Positions 20,033-30,053 of a stretch of 64,000 nucleotides of DNA are shown here, in pieces. Positions within the stretch are counted from its first letter, which is position 1; the number at the start of each line of letters is the position of its first letter. The notes under the pieces were generated by a model, which saw nothing but the letters and a program-made list of their open reading frames with translations, did no database searches and had not been told where the DNA came from. The stretch comes from Anaerolineae bacterium (lineage in GTDB: Bacteria; Chloroflexota; Anaerolineae; UBA1429), in the NCBI GenBank assembly GCA_040766725.1, contig JAXGPZ010000001.1, forward strand, positions 2,721,529 to 2,785,528. Direction: 5' to 3'. The translations under genes were made by a program, and so were the position numbers.

Positions 20033-20419
20033 GATCGCATCGATGCTTTTACTTGAGCCCTTTCAGCAGTATCTTGAGGGCGGCACGCAGGCCATGCCCG
20101 CCGTCGGCTCGTCGAGGCCGGTGATCACGTGGGGCCGGCGCCAGCGCGCCAGATCGAGCGCGTTGCGCCGTTGCTCCTCGTTGGGGCCCCGAGGTTCCAG
20201 ACGATAGACGGCATGGCGCAGCAGCGCAAGCCAAAGCCACGCTGCCCTGCACTCTGCCCACCACCAGGCCAACGCCCGCCGTGTCGCGCCTCAGGGCGAT
20301 GGCAGGAGCCACGGTCTGGCGCAAGGGCGCATCCGCTCTCCGTGACAAACACCGTCGAGGATTATATCATGGGCACACTCGACTCTCGCAAACGACGCAG
20401 GGGGCCTGCAGGAGCTGCT

Positions 20420-21880
20420 ATGGCCGTGTACACGTTGCGCATCGACCCAACGCCACGCTTTCCGCTTTCGCCGTACCTCTATATGCAGTTCATGGAGCCG
20501 CTGGGCGCCACCGACAGCTCTGTAGAGGCCGCCTGGGACCTGGCTCACGGCGATTGGCGCGCAGACATGCTGACCGCCACGCGCGCGCTGGCCCCCACGA
20601 TGCTCCGTTGGGGTGGCTGCCTGGCCTCGTACTACCGCTGGCGCGAGGGCGTCGGGCCCATCAGCCAGCGGGCGCCCTATCACAACCTGCTCTGGGGCGG
20701 CATCGAGAGCCACCGCGTGGGCACCCACGAGTTCCTCACGCTCTGCCGCGAGGTGGGCGCAGCGCCCCTCTACTGCGTCAACCTCGAAGGCGACGGCCGT
20801 AGCCACTGGCGGGTCGATCCCGACGGGCGCCTGCGGGCGGGCAGCCCCGAGGAGGCCGCCGCCTGGGTGGCCTATTGCAACGACCCCGACGATGCCCTGC
20901 GGCGCAGCCATGGCGTCGGTGCGCCCTACAACGTGCGTTACTGGCAGCTCGGCAACGAGACCTCGTATGGCCGCGATGGCTGGGATGCTGACACGGCCGC
21001 CAAGCGCACGCTCGCCTTTGCGCGAGCCATGCGCGCCGTCGATGCAGGCATCGCGCTCATCGGCTGGGGCGACCGCCAGCACGACGGCGCGTTCTGGTCG
21101 CGCACCATGCTCGATCTGGCCGGCCAAGAGCTGGACATGCTGGCCTTTCACCATATGTTCGACCTACCCGCCGACGGCTGGGCATGGCCGCGCTGGCGGC
21201 GCGATCCCGGCCGCGCCTATGAGCTGCTGATGGGGGCGAGCGCCCTGCATGATGCGCGCATCCAGCAGATGCGCGCCAGCCTGGGCGGCGCCGACATCCC
21301 TCTGGCGCTGACCGAGTGTCACCTGGCGCTGCCGGGGCGCAACCGCAACGATGTGCTATCCACCTGGGCCGCCGGCGTGGCCAACGCCCGGCTGCTCAAC
21401 GTGCACGAGCGCCACGGCGACGCCCTGGCCATCGCCACCGCAGCCGACTTTTGCGGCAACCGCTGGCTCGTCAACGCCCTGATGCTGCCGACGCCGCCCT
21501 ATGCGGGCCGCGCCTACCTGATGCCGGTGGGCAGCGTGATGGCCCTCTATCGCCACCACGTGGGCTCACAGGCCGTGGCCGTCGAGGCGGCGGGCGGCCT
21601 CGATGTCACCGCCAGCCGCACCGGCAACCGTCTGTTCGTGCATCTGGTCAATCCCAGCGCCAACACGGCCGTCGAGATCGACGTGCAGGCTGCGGAACAC
21701 TCGGTGTCCGACCTGACCGCATGGCAGATCGCCGCGCCACCCTTTGACGAGGTGGACGAGTACCAGCCCGACCAGTTCGCGCCGGTCGAAAGGGCCTGGC
21801 CGGCGGGCGAGCCATTGCGCGTGCCGCCGTGCGCCGTGCTGGCCATCGAGGGCCGGTTGCGCGATGGCATGGCGACCTGA
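20420..21880 (+). CDS. alpha-L-arabinofuranosidase (GH51 family)
   Basis: AGGAG 5 nt before ATG at 20420. SPYLYMQFMEPLG N-terminal GH51 motif. Catalytic WQLGNE block. Confidence 0.8.
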   Translation: MAVYTLRIDPTPRFPLSPYLYMQFMEPLGATDSSVEAAWDLAHGDWRADMLTATRALAPTMLRWGGCLASYYRWREGVGPISQRAPYHNLLWGGIESHRVGTHEFLTLCREVGAAPLYCVNLEGDGRSHWRVDPDGRLRAGSPEEAAAWVAYCNDPDDALRRSHGVGAPYNVRYWQLGNETSYGRDGWDADTAAKRTLAFARAMRAVDAGIALIGWGDRQHDGAFWSRTMLDLAGQELDMLAFHHMFDLPADGWAWPRWRRDPGRAYELLMGASALHDARIQQMRASLGGADIPLALTECHLALPGRNRNDVLSTWAAGVANARLLNVHERHGDALAIATAADFCGNRWLVNALMLPTPPYAGRAYLMPVGSVMALYRHHVGSQAVAVEAAGGLDVTASRTGNRLFVHLVNPSANTAVEIDVQAAEHSVSDLTAWQIAAPPFDEVDEYQPDQFAPVERAWPAGEPLRVPPCAVLAIEGRLRDGMAT

Positions 21881-21949
21881 GCTGCCGGCGGCCGGGGAAC
21901 CTAGCGCGCGGTAGCGGCGTCATTGTCGTAGCTTTTACTGGGAGGCGTC

Positions 21950-22402
21950 ATGCGGCTGACGCGGCGGCCCGACCCGCACGTGCGACGCTGGCAGCTGGCC
22001 TGGCTGACCTTTGCCGGGCTGCTCGCGGGCATCTTTGCACTGGCCTATGTCGGCAGGATACCGAGGATCATCGCTCTGCTGCCCCACTATGACGTCTGGG
22101 GACACCTCGTCCTTTACGGCCTGCTGGCCTATCTCACCCACCGTGGGCTGCAGCGTGCAGGCCTACAGCGCGGCGCACTGACGCTGCCCCTGGCGCTGCC
22201 CTCGGTGTTCACGTTGGCGGCCGTCGAGGAGCTGCTGCAAGGGCTTGCCCCGCTGCGCAGCGCCTCGTGGCGCGACCTGGCCGCCGACCTGGCCGGCATG
22301 CTCATCGCACTTGGCGTCGACGTGCTCTGGTTGCGTTGGCATCAGGAGCAGGCGGCGACTATGCTCGGCGCCATCGATCCGCTAGAGAGGGCTGACCCAT
22401 GA
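21950..22402 (+). CDS. VanZ-like family membrane protein
   Basis: 150-aa ORF with four TM helices and a VanZ-like pattern. Confidence 0.6.
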   Translation: MRLTRRPDPHVRRWQLAWLTFAGLLAGIFALAYVGRIPRIIALLPHYDVWGHLVLYGLLAYLTHRGLQRAGLQRGALTLPLALPSVFTLAAVEELLQGLAPLRSASWRDLAADLAGMLIALGVDVLWLRWHQEQAATMLGAIDPLERADP

Positions 22403-22980
22403 ACGGCGTCGGGCTCTGGGCGCGCGCAGTTGCCACGCCCTTTGGCGAGCTGGTGATCGTCTGGCGACAGGAGCGGCTGCACGAGGGGCACTATCGCGCT
22501 CTGCTGCGACGCATCTACCTGCCGTGCGATGGCGCCTCGCCGTTGCCACAGGCCAGGGCCGACTATGCGGGCCTGCGGCTGGGCGAACATCCGGTCATCG
22601 CTTCGCTCGCCGCTATCCTGAACCGCTACCTGCACGGCGAGCTGGTGGCGCTCAATCTCGCCCTGGCCGACCTGGCCCAGTGCCCCGAGTTTCAGCAGCG
22701 GGTGCTGCTGGCCGAGCATGCCGTGCCGCGCGGGTGCGTCACCACCTACGGGCGCCTGGCGGCCCACCTCGGCGCCCCCAGGGCGGCACGCGCCGTTGGT
22801 GCGGCCTTGGCGCGCAACCCCTATCCGCTGCTGATCCCCTGCCACCGCGCGCTGCGCAGCGACCTGTCGTTGGGCGGCTATCAGGGCGGGCTGGCGATGA
22901 AAGGCGCGCTGCTCGAGCTGGAGGGCCACACGTTCCACGGCGGCCGTGTGCAGGCCCCGGCAGCCAGCGTGTGGTACTGA
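22399..22980 (+). CDS. ogt: methylated-DNA--protein-cysteine methyltransferase
   Basis: PCHR active-site motif and the TYGRLAAHLG helix-turn-helix block. Overlaps the previous stop by 4 nt. Confidence 0.8.
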   Translation: MNGVGLWARAVATPFGELVIVWRQERLHEGHYRALLRRIYLPCDGASPLPQARADYAGLRLGEHPVIASLAAILNRYLHGELVALNLALADLAQCPEFQQRVLLAEHAVPRGCVTTYGRLAAHLGAPRAARAVGAALARNPYPLLIPCHRALRSDLSLGGYQGGLAMKGALLELEGHTFHGGRVQAPAASVWY

Positions 22981-23029
22981 GCATGTCGTCGGCGCCTGCG
23001 CGGCAAGCCTGCCCCGGTCGCGTCTCACG

Positions 23030-24067
23030 ATGAAGCGCCTCGTGCGTTGGTCAGCGCTGCGGCGTCGGCTGGCCGCAGCCATCGGGCTGCTCACCGGGTT
23101 GTACGCCTGCGGGCTGATTGCGTTTGTGGGTTGGCAACTCTGGCTGCCCCGCGAGTTCGCGCCGTTGGCGCTGGCGGCAGCCTTTCTGCCCTTTATGTTC
23201 GCGCCGCTGCTGCTGACGCTGCCGTTGGCCTGGGCGGCCCGGGCCCGCGTGAGCCTGGCGCTGCATGGCGTGGCGCTGGGCCTCTTTGTGGCGCTGTATG
23301 GCCCCCATTTAGTGCCGCCGTCACTGCGTGTGCGTCCACCGCAGGCGCACGAGCAGGCGGTGCCCGTGCTGACGCACAACCTGCACTACCTGGCGCATGA
23401 CCCCGACGAGCTGGCCGCTGCCTTGCTGGCCCAGCCGGCCGATCTGCTGGCGGTGCAAGAGCTGGCGCCCAGCGTCGAGGCGCATCTGGCCGCGGCCTTG
23501 AGCGAGCGCTATCCGCACCAGGTGAGCGACGGTTGGCATTCCGACGTGGCGCTCTATGCCCGTTACCCCATCATCGACCACGAATGGCGCACGCTGGCCC
23601 ACAAACCCGGCGGCGTTCTGCTGACCACGGTGGCGATGCCCGGTGGAGCCTGGCGCGTCATCGTGGTGCACCCCTATTCGCCGCGTACGGTGCGCTTCCT
23701 GGGGATGTCGTTGCCCCTGGGGGTATCGTATCGCGACCTGGAGCACGACCTGGCCGCGCTGCTAGACGAGCAGTTGGCCGCTGGGCTGCCGGTGGTGCTG
23801 CTGGGCGACCTCAACGCCAGCGAACAGTCATTGGCCTATCGCGCGGCACAGGCCAGGCTGCGAGATGCCCACGCCCGCGCCGGTTGGGGCCTGGGGTTTA
23901 CCTTCCCCCGGGGAGGCTCGCTGCGGGGACAATCGATCCCCTGCGCCATCGTGCGCATCGACTATGTGCTCTACTCGGCCCCTCTGCGCGCCACGCGAGC
24001 TCGGGTGCTCTGCGGCGACGTATCGGACCATTGCGCGCTGCTAGCGGAATTGGCCGCACCGCGCTAG
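23030..24067 (+). CDS. endonuclease/exonuclease/phosphatase (EEP) family protein with N-terminal TM anchors
   Basis: LTHNLHY, GDLNAS and SDHCAL blocks typical of the EEP fold. Internal ATG at 23030. Confidence 0.7.
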   Translation: MKRLVRWSALRRRLAAAIGLLTGLYACGLIAFVGWQLWLPREFAPLALAAAFLPFMFAPLLLTLPLAWAARARVSLALHGVALGLFVALYGPHLVPPSLRVRPPQAHEQAVPVLTHNLHYLAHDPDELAAALLAQPADLLAVQELAPSVEAHLAAALSERYPHQVSDGWHSDVALYARYPIIDHEWRTLAHKPGGVLLTTVAMPGGAWRVIVVHPYSPRTVRFLGMSLPLGVSYRDLEHDLAALLDEQLAAGLPVVLLGDLNASEQSLAYRAAQARLRDAHARAGWGLGFTFPRGGSLRGQSIPCAIVRIDYVLYSAPLRATRARVLCGDVSDHCALLAELAAPR

Positions 24068-24154
24068 ACTGGCCTCGTTCGCAAGCGCCACATCCGCTCT
24101 GCCGTCACCCTGGAATCGCCCATCCCAGTCGGCCTGCACTGAAGGAGCCCTGAC

Positions 24155-24904
24155 TTGTACTATCAGCGCGGTTGGCAAGACACCCTGATCGTGATCGACC
24201 TGCAGCCCGGCGACACGCTGTTCTACAGCACCCGCTCGAGCGGCGTGCACGAGATCGATCTGCTGGGCGAGCCGACCGCCCGGGCGCCACTGCGCGTCGA
24301 TGGCCACCTGCTGGCCATCGAGATGGGGCGTGAGACGCCGCTGGCCGTCGACGGCATGCAGCTCTGGCTCGATCGGGCGGTGGGCAGCGGCCTGCGCTTG
24401 GGGCTCTTTGAGGTGGACGGGCGCATCTGCCCCCCGCAGGCGCTCTGGCCGCGAGCCGCGGCGGCGCCCCCCATCCCCATCAGCGATATCCACGAGACGC
24501 CCGACGGTTGGGAAGGCCTCGAGGCCTGGCCAGATGGGTCGTTGTGGCGCCTCAAGGCCAGCGGCAGCGACCTGTCATGGTACGTGTACCAGGCCGAGAG
24601 CGAGTACGCGCTCAACCCGGCGCTGCTGCGTTGGCAAGCCGGGCGTGACGCGCGCCGACGCGAAGGGCTGCCCGTCGCCGAGATGCCGCCCTTTACGCCG
24701 CAACGCGTCGGCGAGCCGATGGCGCTCGTCTACCGCGGGGACGAGCCAGACGTGCTGTGGGCCTGCGACGGCCACGTCGAGCGCTCGCCCTATGCCGAGA
24801 TCGCCTTTGGCGAGCCGGGCGCCTATGCCGTCCAGCTCACCGTGGCGCGTGGCGATGTCAGCGACACCGCCGTGCAGTGGGTGGTGGTGCATCCAGCGCG
24901 CTAG
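24155..24904 (+). CDS. hypothetical protein
   Basis: GAAGGAG, then 7 nt, then TTG start. Protein-like 249-aa ORF. Confidence 0.5.
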   Translation: MYYQRGWQDTLIVIDLQPGDTLFYSTRSSGVHEIDLLGEPTARAPLRVDGHLLAIEMGRETPLAVDGMQLWLDRAVGSGLRLGLFEVDGRICPPQALWPRAAAAPPIPISDIHETPDGWEGLEAWPDGSLWRLKASGSDLSWYVYQAESEYALNPALLRWQAGRDARRREGLPVAEMPPFTPQRVGEPMALVYRGDEPDVLWACDGHVERSPYAEIAFGEPGAYAVQLTVARGDVSDTAVQWVVVHPAR

Positions 24905-24922
24905 AGGGCCATGGGCAGGGGC

Positions 24923-25345
24923 TCAGCCGCTGTACACCGACTCTTCTGGCGCGTCGGTGGGGCTCTCGAACACGAGGTGATAGCCGTCGGGGTCGCGCAG
25001 CTCGACCACCCACATGCCGTTGCCCACAAAGGGCCGGCGAGGAGCGAGGCCCCGTGCTGTGAGCTCGCGATACAGTGCCAGCGCATCACGGCAGATGAAG
25101 CAGATCGAGACGCCGCGCCCCAACGGATCGTCGGTGCGGTTGGCGTCGGGGCCATCGGCCCAGAACTCTTGCAGCATCAGCGCCACGCCGTCGCGCTCCA
25201 GCCAGCACCAACGCGGCTTGCCGTCAGGAGCCCATTGTCTGGTCAGGGCGAACCCCAGGCCATCGCAGAAAAAGCGCGACGAGGCGGCCACGTCGGCCAC
25301 CCAAAGAAAGGGCACCGCCTGCACGAGGTTGGGGATCACGTTCAT
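24923..25345 (-). CDS. VOC family protein (glyoxalase/bleomycin-resistance fold)
   Basis: 140 aa with paired beta-alpha-beta-beta-beta module pattern. Confidence 0.7.
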   Translation of the reverse strand: MNVIPNLVQAVPFLWVADVAASSRFFCDGLGFALTRQWAPDGKPRWCWLERDGVALMLQEFWADGPDANRTDDPLGRGVSICFICRDALALYRELTARGLAPRRPFVGNGMWVVELRDPDGYHLVFESPTDAPEESVYSG

Positions 25346-25473
25346 CCTGCTCCCTCCACCGCTCGACCTGGCAACAGCGCCTAGTCGCGCGCGCTATGCA
25401 CGCAAAGGCGACTCGGTCACGCCCGCATCTGAAGGCCTCGCCCCCACCACCAGCGGGCTGGCGTCTGCGCTGC

Positions 25474-26484
25474 TCATTCGACCAGCAGTCCCGTAGCCTC
25501 TTCGGCCATGGCGCGGATGTTCTCCAGCGGCACGTTGGGCAAGATGGCCTCGTGGCTGGGGCTGATGATCAGGTTAGGGCCCAGCAAGTCGCGCACGCGG
25601 CGCACTTCGGCGCGCACCTCGTCGGGCGTGCCATGGTCGAGCAGTTGCTGTGTGTCGATGCCCCCCAGAAAGGCGATCCGCCCCTTGAACTCGCGCGCCA
25701 ACGTGTCGGCGTCCATGCGCTCGGCCAGGGCCTGCAGGGGGTGCAGGCAATCCACTCCGGCGTCGATGAGCCGATCGATGACCTGATAGATCGAGCCGCA
25801 AGAGTGCAGGATGACCTGATAGCCCCAGCGGTGGCCCTGTTCCGTGAACCGCCTGAACCAGGGCATCACAAACTCGTCGAACTGACGAGGCCCGCAGATC
25901 AGCCCGCGCTGCGTGCCAAAGTCGTTGCCAAAGAAAAAGCCATCCACCAGGTCGCCGGCCTCAGCAAAAAAGCGCTCGTTGGCCTCGTAAAAGAAGGAGC
26001 AGACCCGGTCGGTGACGGCATGCACCACGGCCTTGTTCAGGTACATGTTCATCATATACGTGTCCATGCCGAACAGGTCCATCACGATGTGGTAAAAGGG
26101 CGTCCAGTAGCCGCTGGCGCGGTAGACGTCGCCCAGGCTGCGCAGCCGCTCCAGGGTGGGCTCAAAGTTGAGATAATCGAGGCTGGGCCAGTCGAACGCG
26201 TCCACGTCGGCCATGGTCTCGGCGTGGGCAAGCGGCCCCGCTGCGCCGTGTGACGCCTTCTCGGTATGCCACATCGTGCGCCCTTCGGGGTGAGCATAGT
26301 CGGCGTCGGGGTTGATCCAGCGATAGTCATCATGCAGCTTTTGGCGCAGGCTCTCGTCGTCGTCCACGCCAAAGTGCGCCAGCAGCAGCGGCCAGGTGTC
26401 GGGATAGGGGTTGCCCATCCAAAAGCCGCAGCGATCAGGCACGCCGCCAGCGATGATGGTGCGAATCCGTTCACGGCTGTTCAT
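25474..26484 (-). CDS. uroporphyrinogen decarboxylase (URO-D) family protein
   Basis: URO-D/methyltransferase MtaA-like fold. Internal ATG at 26484 preceded by GAGG. Confidence 0.75.
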   Translation of the reverse strand: MNSRERIRTIIAGGVPDRCGFWMGNPYPDTWPLLLAHFGVDDDESLRQKLHDDYRWINPDADYAHPEGRTMWHTEKASHGAAGPLAHAETMADVDAFDWPSLDYLNFEPTLERLRSLGDVYRASGYWTPFYHIVMDLFGMDTYMMNMYLNKAVVHAVTDRVCSFFYEANERFFAEAGDLVDGFFFGNDFGTQRGLICGPRQFDEFVMPWFRRFTEQGHRWGYQVILHSCGSIYQVIDRLIDAGVDCLHPLQALAERMDADTLAREFKGRIAFLGGIDTQQLLDHGTPDEVRAEVRRVRDLLGPNLIISPSHEAILPNVPLENIRAMAEEATGLLVE

Positions 26485-26593
26485 GGGCGCCTCGCGTGGT
26501 GGGTTTGGCCTGATGTTAGCCCGCTGACGGCCTCTGTCAACCATCTGTGCGGGCGATGCCTGGGCGCCTCCGTAAAGCATTCTTGAGTGGAGA

Positions 26594-26622
26594 TTGACAC
26601 AATAGGGCATAACGGGTATACT
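26594..26622 (+). promoter_or_regulatory. sigma70-like promoter (TTGACA-N17-TATACT) feeding a structured leader about 165 nt long
   Basis: Perfect -35 and a good -10. The downstream leader contains several GC-rich hairpins before the AGGAGG of the Trx-NHL gene. Confidence 0.55.
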
Positions 26623-26787
26623 TGGCTTACAGCCCTCAAGGCTGTGAGTGCTCTGCACTCTGCGCTCCCGGGGTCAGCCTCAGCGTCTCAAGCTGGCGCC
26701 TGGCATGGCTCCTGAAGCGCAACACGCCACACGGTAGTCCCCCGCCTCTGCGGGGGATTGCCGTCTCGGCAGAAGAGGAGGATCGTG

Positions 26788-28683
26788 ATGCCTCTCCATG
26801 CCACAACCGCCACAGTGCGCGCGCCCGAACTCCCGCCCGGCCTCGCCTGGATCAACACCGCTCGGCCCCTGACGCTCGCTGAACTGCGCGGACGACTGGT
26901 GCTGCTCGATTTCTGGACCTATGGTTGCATCAACTGCCTGCACGTCATCCCCGACCTGCAACGCCTCGAGCACGAGTTCGGCGACGCCCTGCTGGTGATC
27001 GGCGTGCACTCGAGCAAGTTCGCCAACGAGGCCCACGTCGAGAATCTGCGTCGTGTGGTGCAGCGCTATGGCATCACCCATCCAGTGGTGGCCGATCCTG
27101 AGTATGCCGTCTGGCAGGCGTATGCCGTGCGGGCCTGGCCCACCACCGTGCTGATCGACCCGACCGGGCGCATCATCGCCCAACGCTCGGGCGAGGGCGT
27201 GTATGAGGCACTGCATGAGCTCCTTGCCGAAACCATCGTTGCGCACGAGCAGCGCGGCACCTTGGTGCGCGGCCCGCTGTCGCTGGCGCCCGAGGCACCC
27301 CCCGAGACGGCGCTGCGCTTTCCCGGCAAGGTGCTTGCCGACGCCAGTCGCGATCGCCTCTTTATCGCCGACAGCGGCCACCACCGTGTGGTGATGGCCA
27401 CCCTGGCCGGTCGGGTGCTGGCGGTCATCGGCAGCGGCGAGGTCGGACTGCGCGACGGCGCCTGGAGCCAGGCGGCGCTGCACCAGCCCCAGGGCATGGC
27501 GCTCGATGGCGATCGCCTGTACATCGCCGACACCGGCAACCACGCTGTGCGCATGGCCGACCTGACGGCGCAGACACTGTCCACCATAGCGGGCGATGGC
27601 AGCCTGGCTTACGGGCAGGCCGCCGGGCCAGCCGCCGAGGCGCGGCTCAACTCGCCGTGGGACCTGGCGCGCGTGGGCCGTATGCTCTTTATCGCTATGG
27701 CAGGCGCACACCAGCTCTGGGCGCTCAACCTGGATACGCGCCAGATCGGCCCCTTTGCAGGCTCGGGGCGCGAGGGCCTGCACGACGGCCCGCGGCCGAG
27801 CGCCTTGCTGGCGCAGCCCTCGGGGCTGGCCACCGACGGCGAGCGGCTCTATGTGGCCGACAGCGAGGCCAGCGCCATCCGCGCGGTGGGCTGGGAGCCC
27901 GACGACCGCGTGCACACCATCATCGGCCAGGGGCTGTTCGTCTTTGGAGATGCCGACGGCGGCTGGAGCGACGCTCGCCTGCAACACCCGCTGGGCGTGG
28001 CCTACTATCGAGGGCAGCTCTATGTTGCCGACACCTACAACCACAAGCTAAAGGCGATCGACGTGGTGGCAGGCACGGTGCGCACTCTGCTGGGTGACGG
28101 CGAGCCGGGCTGGGTCGACGGGCCCAGAGCGCGGTTCTACGAGCCTGCGGGCCTTTCGGGGGCCGATGGGCGGCTGTATGTTGCCGACACCAACAATCAC
28201 GTCGTGCGCCTGGTCGACCTGGCCGAGCATACCGCCTCGACGCTGGCGCTGGCCGATCTCGATGGGCTGTTGGCGCAGGGCGTGCCCGGCGTTGCGCTGC
28301 CCATACTGCAGACGCCGCCGCAGGAGGTGCGGCCGGGTTCGGGACGCATACGGCTGCGGGTGGGCCTGCCCGCGGGCCACAAAGTGAACGCTCAGGCCGC
28401 GTCGCGGCTGGTGTGGCAGCCAGAGGCCACTGGCCCGGTGCACATCGCCGAGGGCGAGCGGGACATCTCACTGCAGGGCAAGGCTTTTCCAGTCGATACG
28501 CCCGCACAGTTCATGGCCGGCAGCGGCACGCTGCGCGGCGAGCTAACGGTCTACTACTGCGAGGATGAGGCCGCCGTGTGTCTGATCCACCGAGTGGCCC
28601 TGGCCGTGCCATTGACGGTGCGCGCTGATAGCGAGCACGCCGACATCTCGGTGCCGGTGACGGTGCCACGCCCCAGCCTCTAG
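26788..28683 (+). CDS. thioredoxin-like (TlpA/AhpC fold, CINC motif) plus NHL-repeat beta-propeller protein
   Basis: FWTYGCINCLHVIP redox motif. Repeated ...LYVAD(T/S)..H.(V/I)R... NHL blades. Confidence 0.8.
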   Translation: MPLHATTATVRAPELPPGLAWINTARPLTLAELRGRLVLLDFWTYGCINCLHVIPDLQRLEHEFGDALLVIGVHSSKFANEAHVENLRRVVQRYGITHPVVADPEYAVWQAYAVRAWPTTVLIDPTGRIIAQRSGEGVYEALHELLAETIVAHEQRGTLVRGPLSLAPEAPPETALRFPGKVLADASRDRLFIADSGHHRVVMATLAGRVLAVIGSGEVGLRDGAWSQAALHQPQGMALDGDRLYIADTGNHAVRMADLTAQTLSTIAGDGSLAYGQAAGPAAEARLNSPWDLARVGRMLFIAMAGAHQLWALNLDTRQIGPFAGSGREGLHDGPRPSALLAQPSGLATDGERLYVADSEASAIRAVGWEPDDRVHTIIGQGLFVFGDADGGWSDARLQHPLGVAYYRGQLYVADTYNHKLKAIDVVAGTVRTLLGDGEPGWVDGPRARFYEPAGLSGADGRLYVADTNNHVVRLVDLAEHTASTLALADLDGLLAQGVPGVALPILQTPPQEVRPGSGRIRLRVGLPAGHKVNAQAASRLVWQPEATGPVHIAEGERDISLQGKAFPVDTPAQFMAGSGTLRGELTVYYCEDEAAVCLIHRVALAVPLTVRADSEHADISVPVTVPRPSL

Positions 28684-29006
28684 ATGCGGCGCAGCCCGCC
28701 CCGCGGGCATCCGCACAGGGGGCACACGTCGTGTTCGGCCGAGACGATCTGGTTGCAGCCCGGGCACAGCCAGTTGAGGCGCGGCGATTCGTCGGCCATG
28801 TTCAGGCGCTCATAGACGAACAGCCCCAGGCCGGCCAACGCGCCCAGCGCGGCCAGAGCCTGCACGCCGCGCAGCGCCAGCAACGGGCGGGCGGTCGCGT
28901 GAGCCAGGCGATACTCGCGCGGATAGCTGGCGATGCGCCAGGTGGCCAGGCCGCCAAGGGCGACCATGACCAGCAGCAGTAGCAGGTACATCCGCCACCG
29001 CGCCAT
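28680..29006 (-). CDS. small membrane protein with C-terminal zinc ribbon
   Basis: GAGGAGG, then 5 nt, then ATG at 29006. Two TM helices, then CPGCNQ...CPLCGC. The rest of the 430-aa ORF upstream is low-complexity and rejected. Confidence 0.5.
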   Translation of the reverse strand: MARWRMYLLLLLVMVALGGLATWRIASYPREYRLAHATARPLLALRGVQALAALGALAGLGLFVYERLNMADESPRLNWLCPGCNQIVSAEHDVCPLCGCPRGGLRRI

Positions 29007-29129
29007 GGACACCTCCTCGTGTCTGCACTCGCCTGAACAAAGTATAGCGCCCCGCCTACCGCCGGGCAACGTTGGCGCACGGCCCTCGCTCGGCCTACAA
29101 TGGCGGCCGTGAGTGGAGGAGCCGTGGAC

Positions 29130-30053
29130 ATGCGCCACCGAGGCGTTGGAGCGGGCTATCGCCTGGCGGGGCTGGGCATGCTGTTGGCCGGCGTGGGCCT
29201 GGCGGCGCTGGCGCTGCTCGAGGTGCGTTGCTTTGCTCTGTTTGCGCCGGGCGGCCGCTTTCACTACCAGGGTTTTGGCTATGGCGCGCTCATGTTCGCC
29301 AACATCACCCTGCAGATCGTGGCCTATGGGCTGCTGGCAACCTTGCTCGTGCCGCTGGGTTATGGGCACCTGCGGCTGCGGCCCTGGTCGCGGACGCTGA
29401 TGTCGGCGGCGCTGCTGGCCTGGCTCGCGCTCGGCCTGCCACTGGCCGTGATGGCGCTGGCTCTGCTCTACGCGCAAAAGAACGTCTCCCTCGCCACGGG
29501 TCTGGCCGCTGCAGCCCTGGCCGTGTTGACCTACCCGGCAGCACCGCTGATGCTCTTGCGGCTGTACCGTTCGCGGGTGCTGGCAAGGCTGCTCGATGTC
29601 GCTGGCCAGGCCACCGACTGGTCTCACAGCGCGCGGGGGCTGGCGGCCGCACTGCTCCTGATCATCGGGTGCGCCTGCTGGGCCGTGCCAGCCCTCTTTC
29701 GCGGCCTTGCGCCCCTGCTGACAAGCTGGCTGACGGGTCCTGTCGCGCTGGCGTTGGATATCGCCTGTGGCGTGGGCAACTGCGGCCTGGCCTGGGCCTG
29801 GCTGGCCGGCCGACGCTGGGCGCGGTTCGCGTCGTGGGCCTGGGTGGGCGGTTGGGGCCTGCTGTGGGCTTTCACGCTGGCGCACACGCCATGGGGCGAG
29901 TTCGTCGGGTTGCTGCGCCTGCCCGCGCTCGAGGCAGTGATCATGACCGGGCTGCCCCTGCATGGCGCCCATCTGGCCGTGCTCGTCGCCCTGCCCACAG
30001 TCCTGACGATGGCGCTCATATGGCGCCGTCGCCCTGCCGTCGGCTCAGCCTAG
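29130..30053 (+). CDS. hypothetical polytopic membrane protein
   Basis: GGAGGAG before ATG at 29130. Multiple hydrophobic helices. Confidence 0.55.
   Translation: MRHRGVGAGYRLAGLGMLLAGVGLAALALLEVRCFALFAPGGRFHYQGFGYGALMFANITLQIVAYGLLATLLVPLGYGHLRLRPWSRTLMSAALLAWLALGLPLAVMALALLYAQKNVSLATGLAAAALAVLTYPAAPLMLLRLYRSRVLARLLDVAGQATDWSHSARGLAAALLLIIGCACWAVPALFRGLAPLLTSWLTGPVALALDIACGVGNCGLAWAWLAGRRWARFASWAWVGGWGLLWAFTLAHTPWGEFVGLLRLPALEAVIMTGLPLHGAHLAVLVALPTVLTMALIWRRRPAVGSA

Noticed and set aside
20033-20419. Possible yybP-ykoY Mn2+ riboswitch upstream of mntP
   Set aside because: I inspected the minus-strand leader of mntP and could not find the conserved GGGGAGUAG ... GAGAGACC cores. A covariance-model scan would be decisive, but by eye the element is absent.
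28680-29972. 430-aa minus-strand ORF
   Set aside because: Only the last 108 codons form a credible membrane/zinc-ribbon protein, with GAGGAGG + ATG at 29006. The upstream 320 codons are P/Q/R/G-rich and lie antisense to the 29130-30053 gene.
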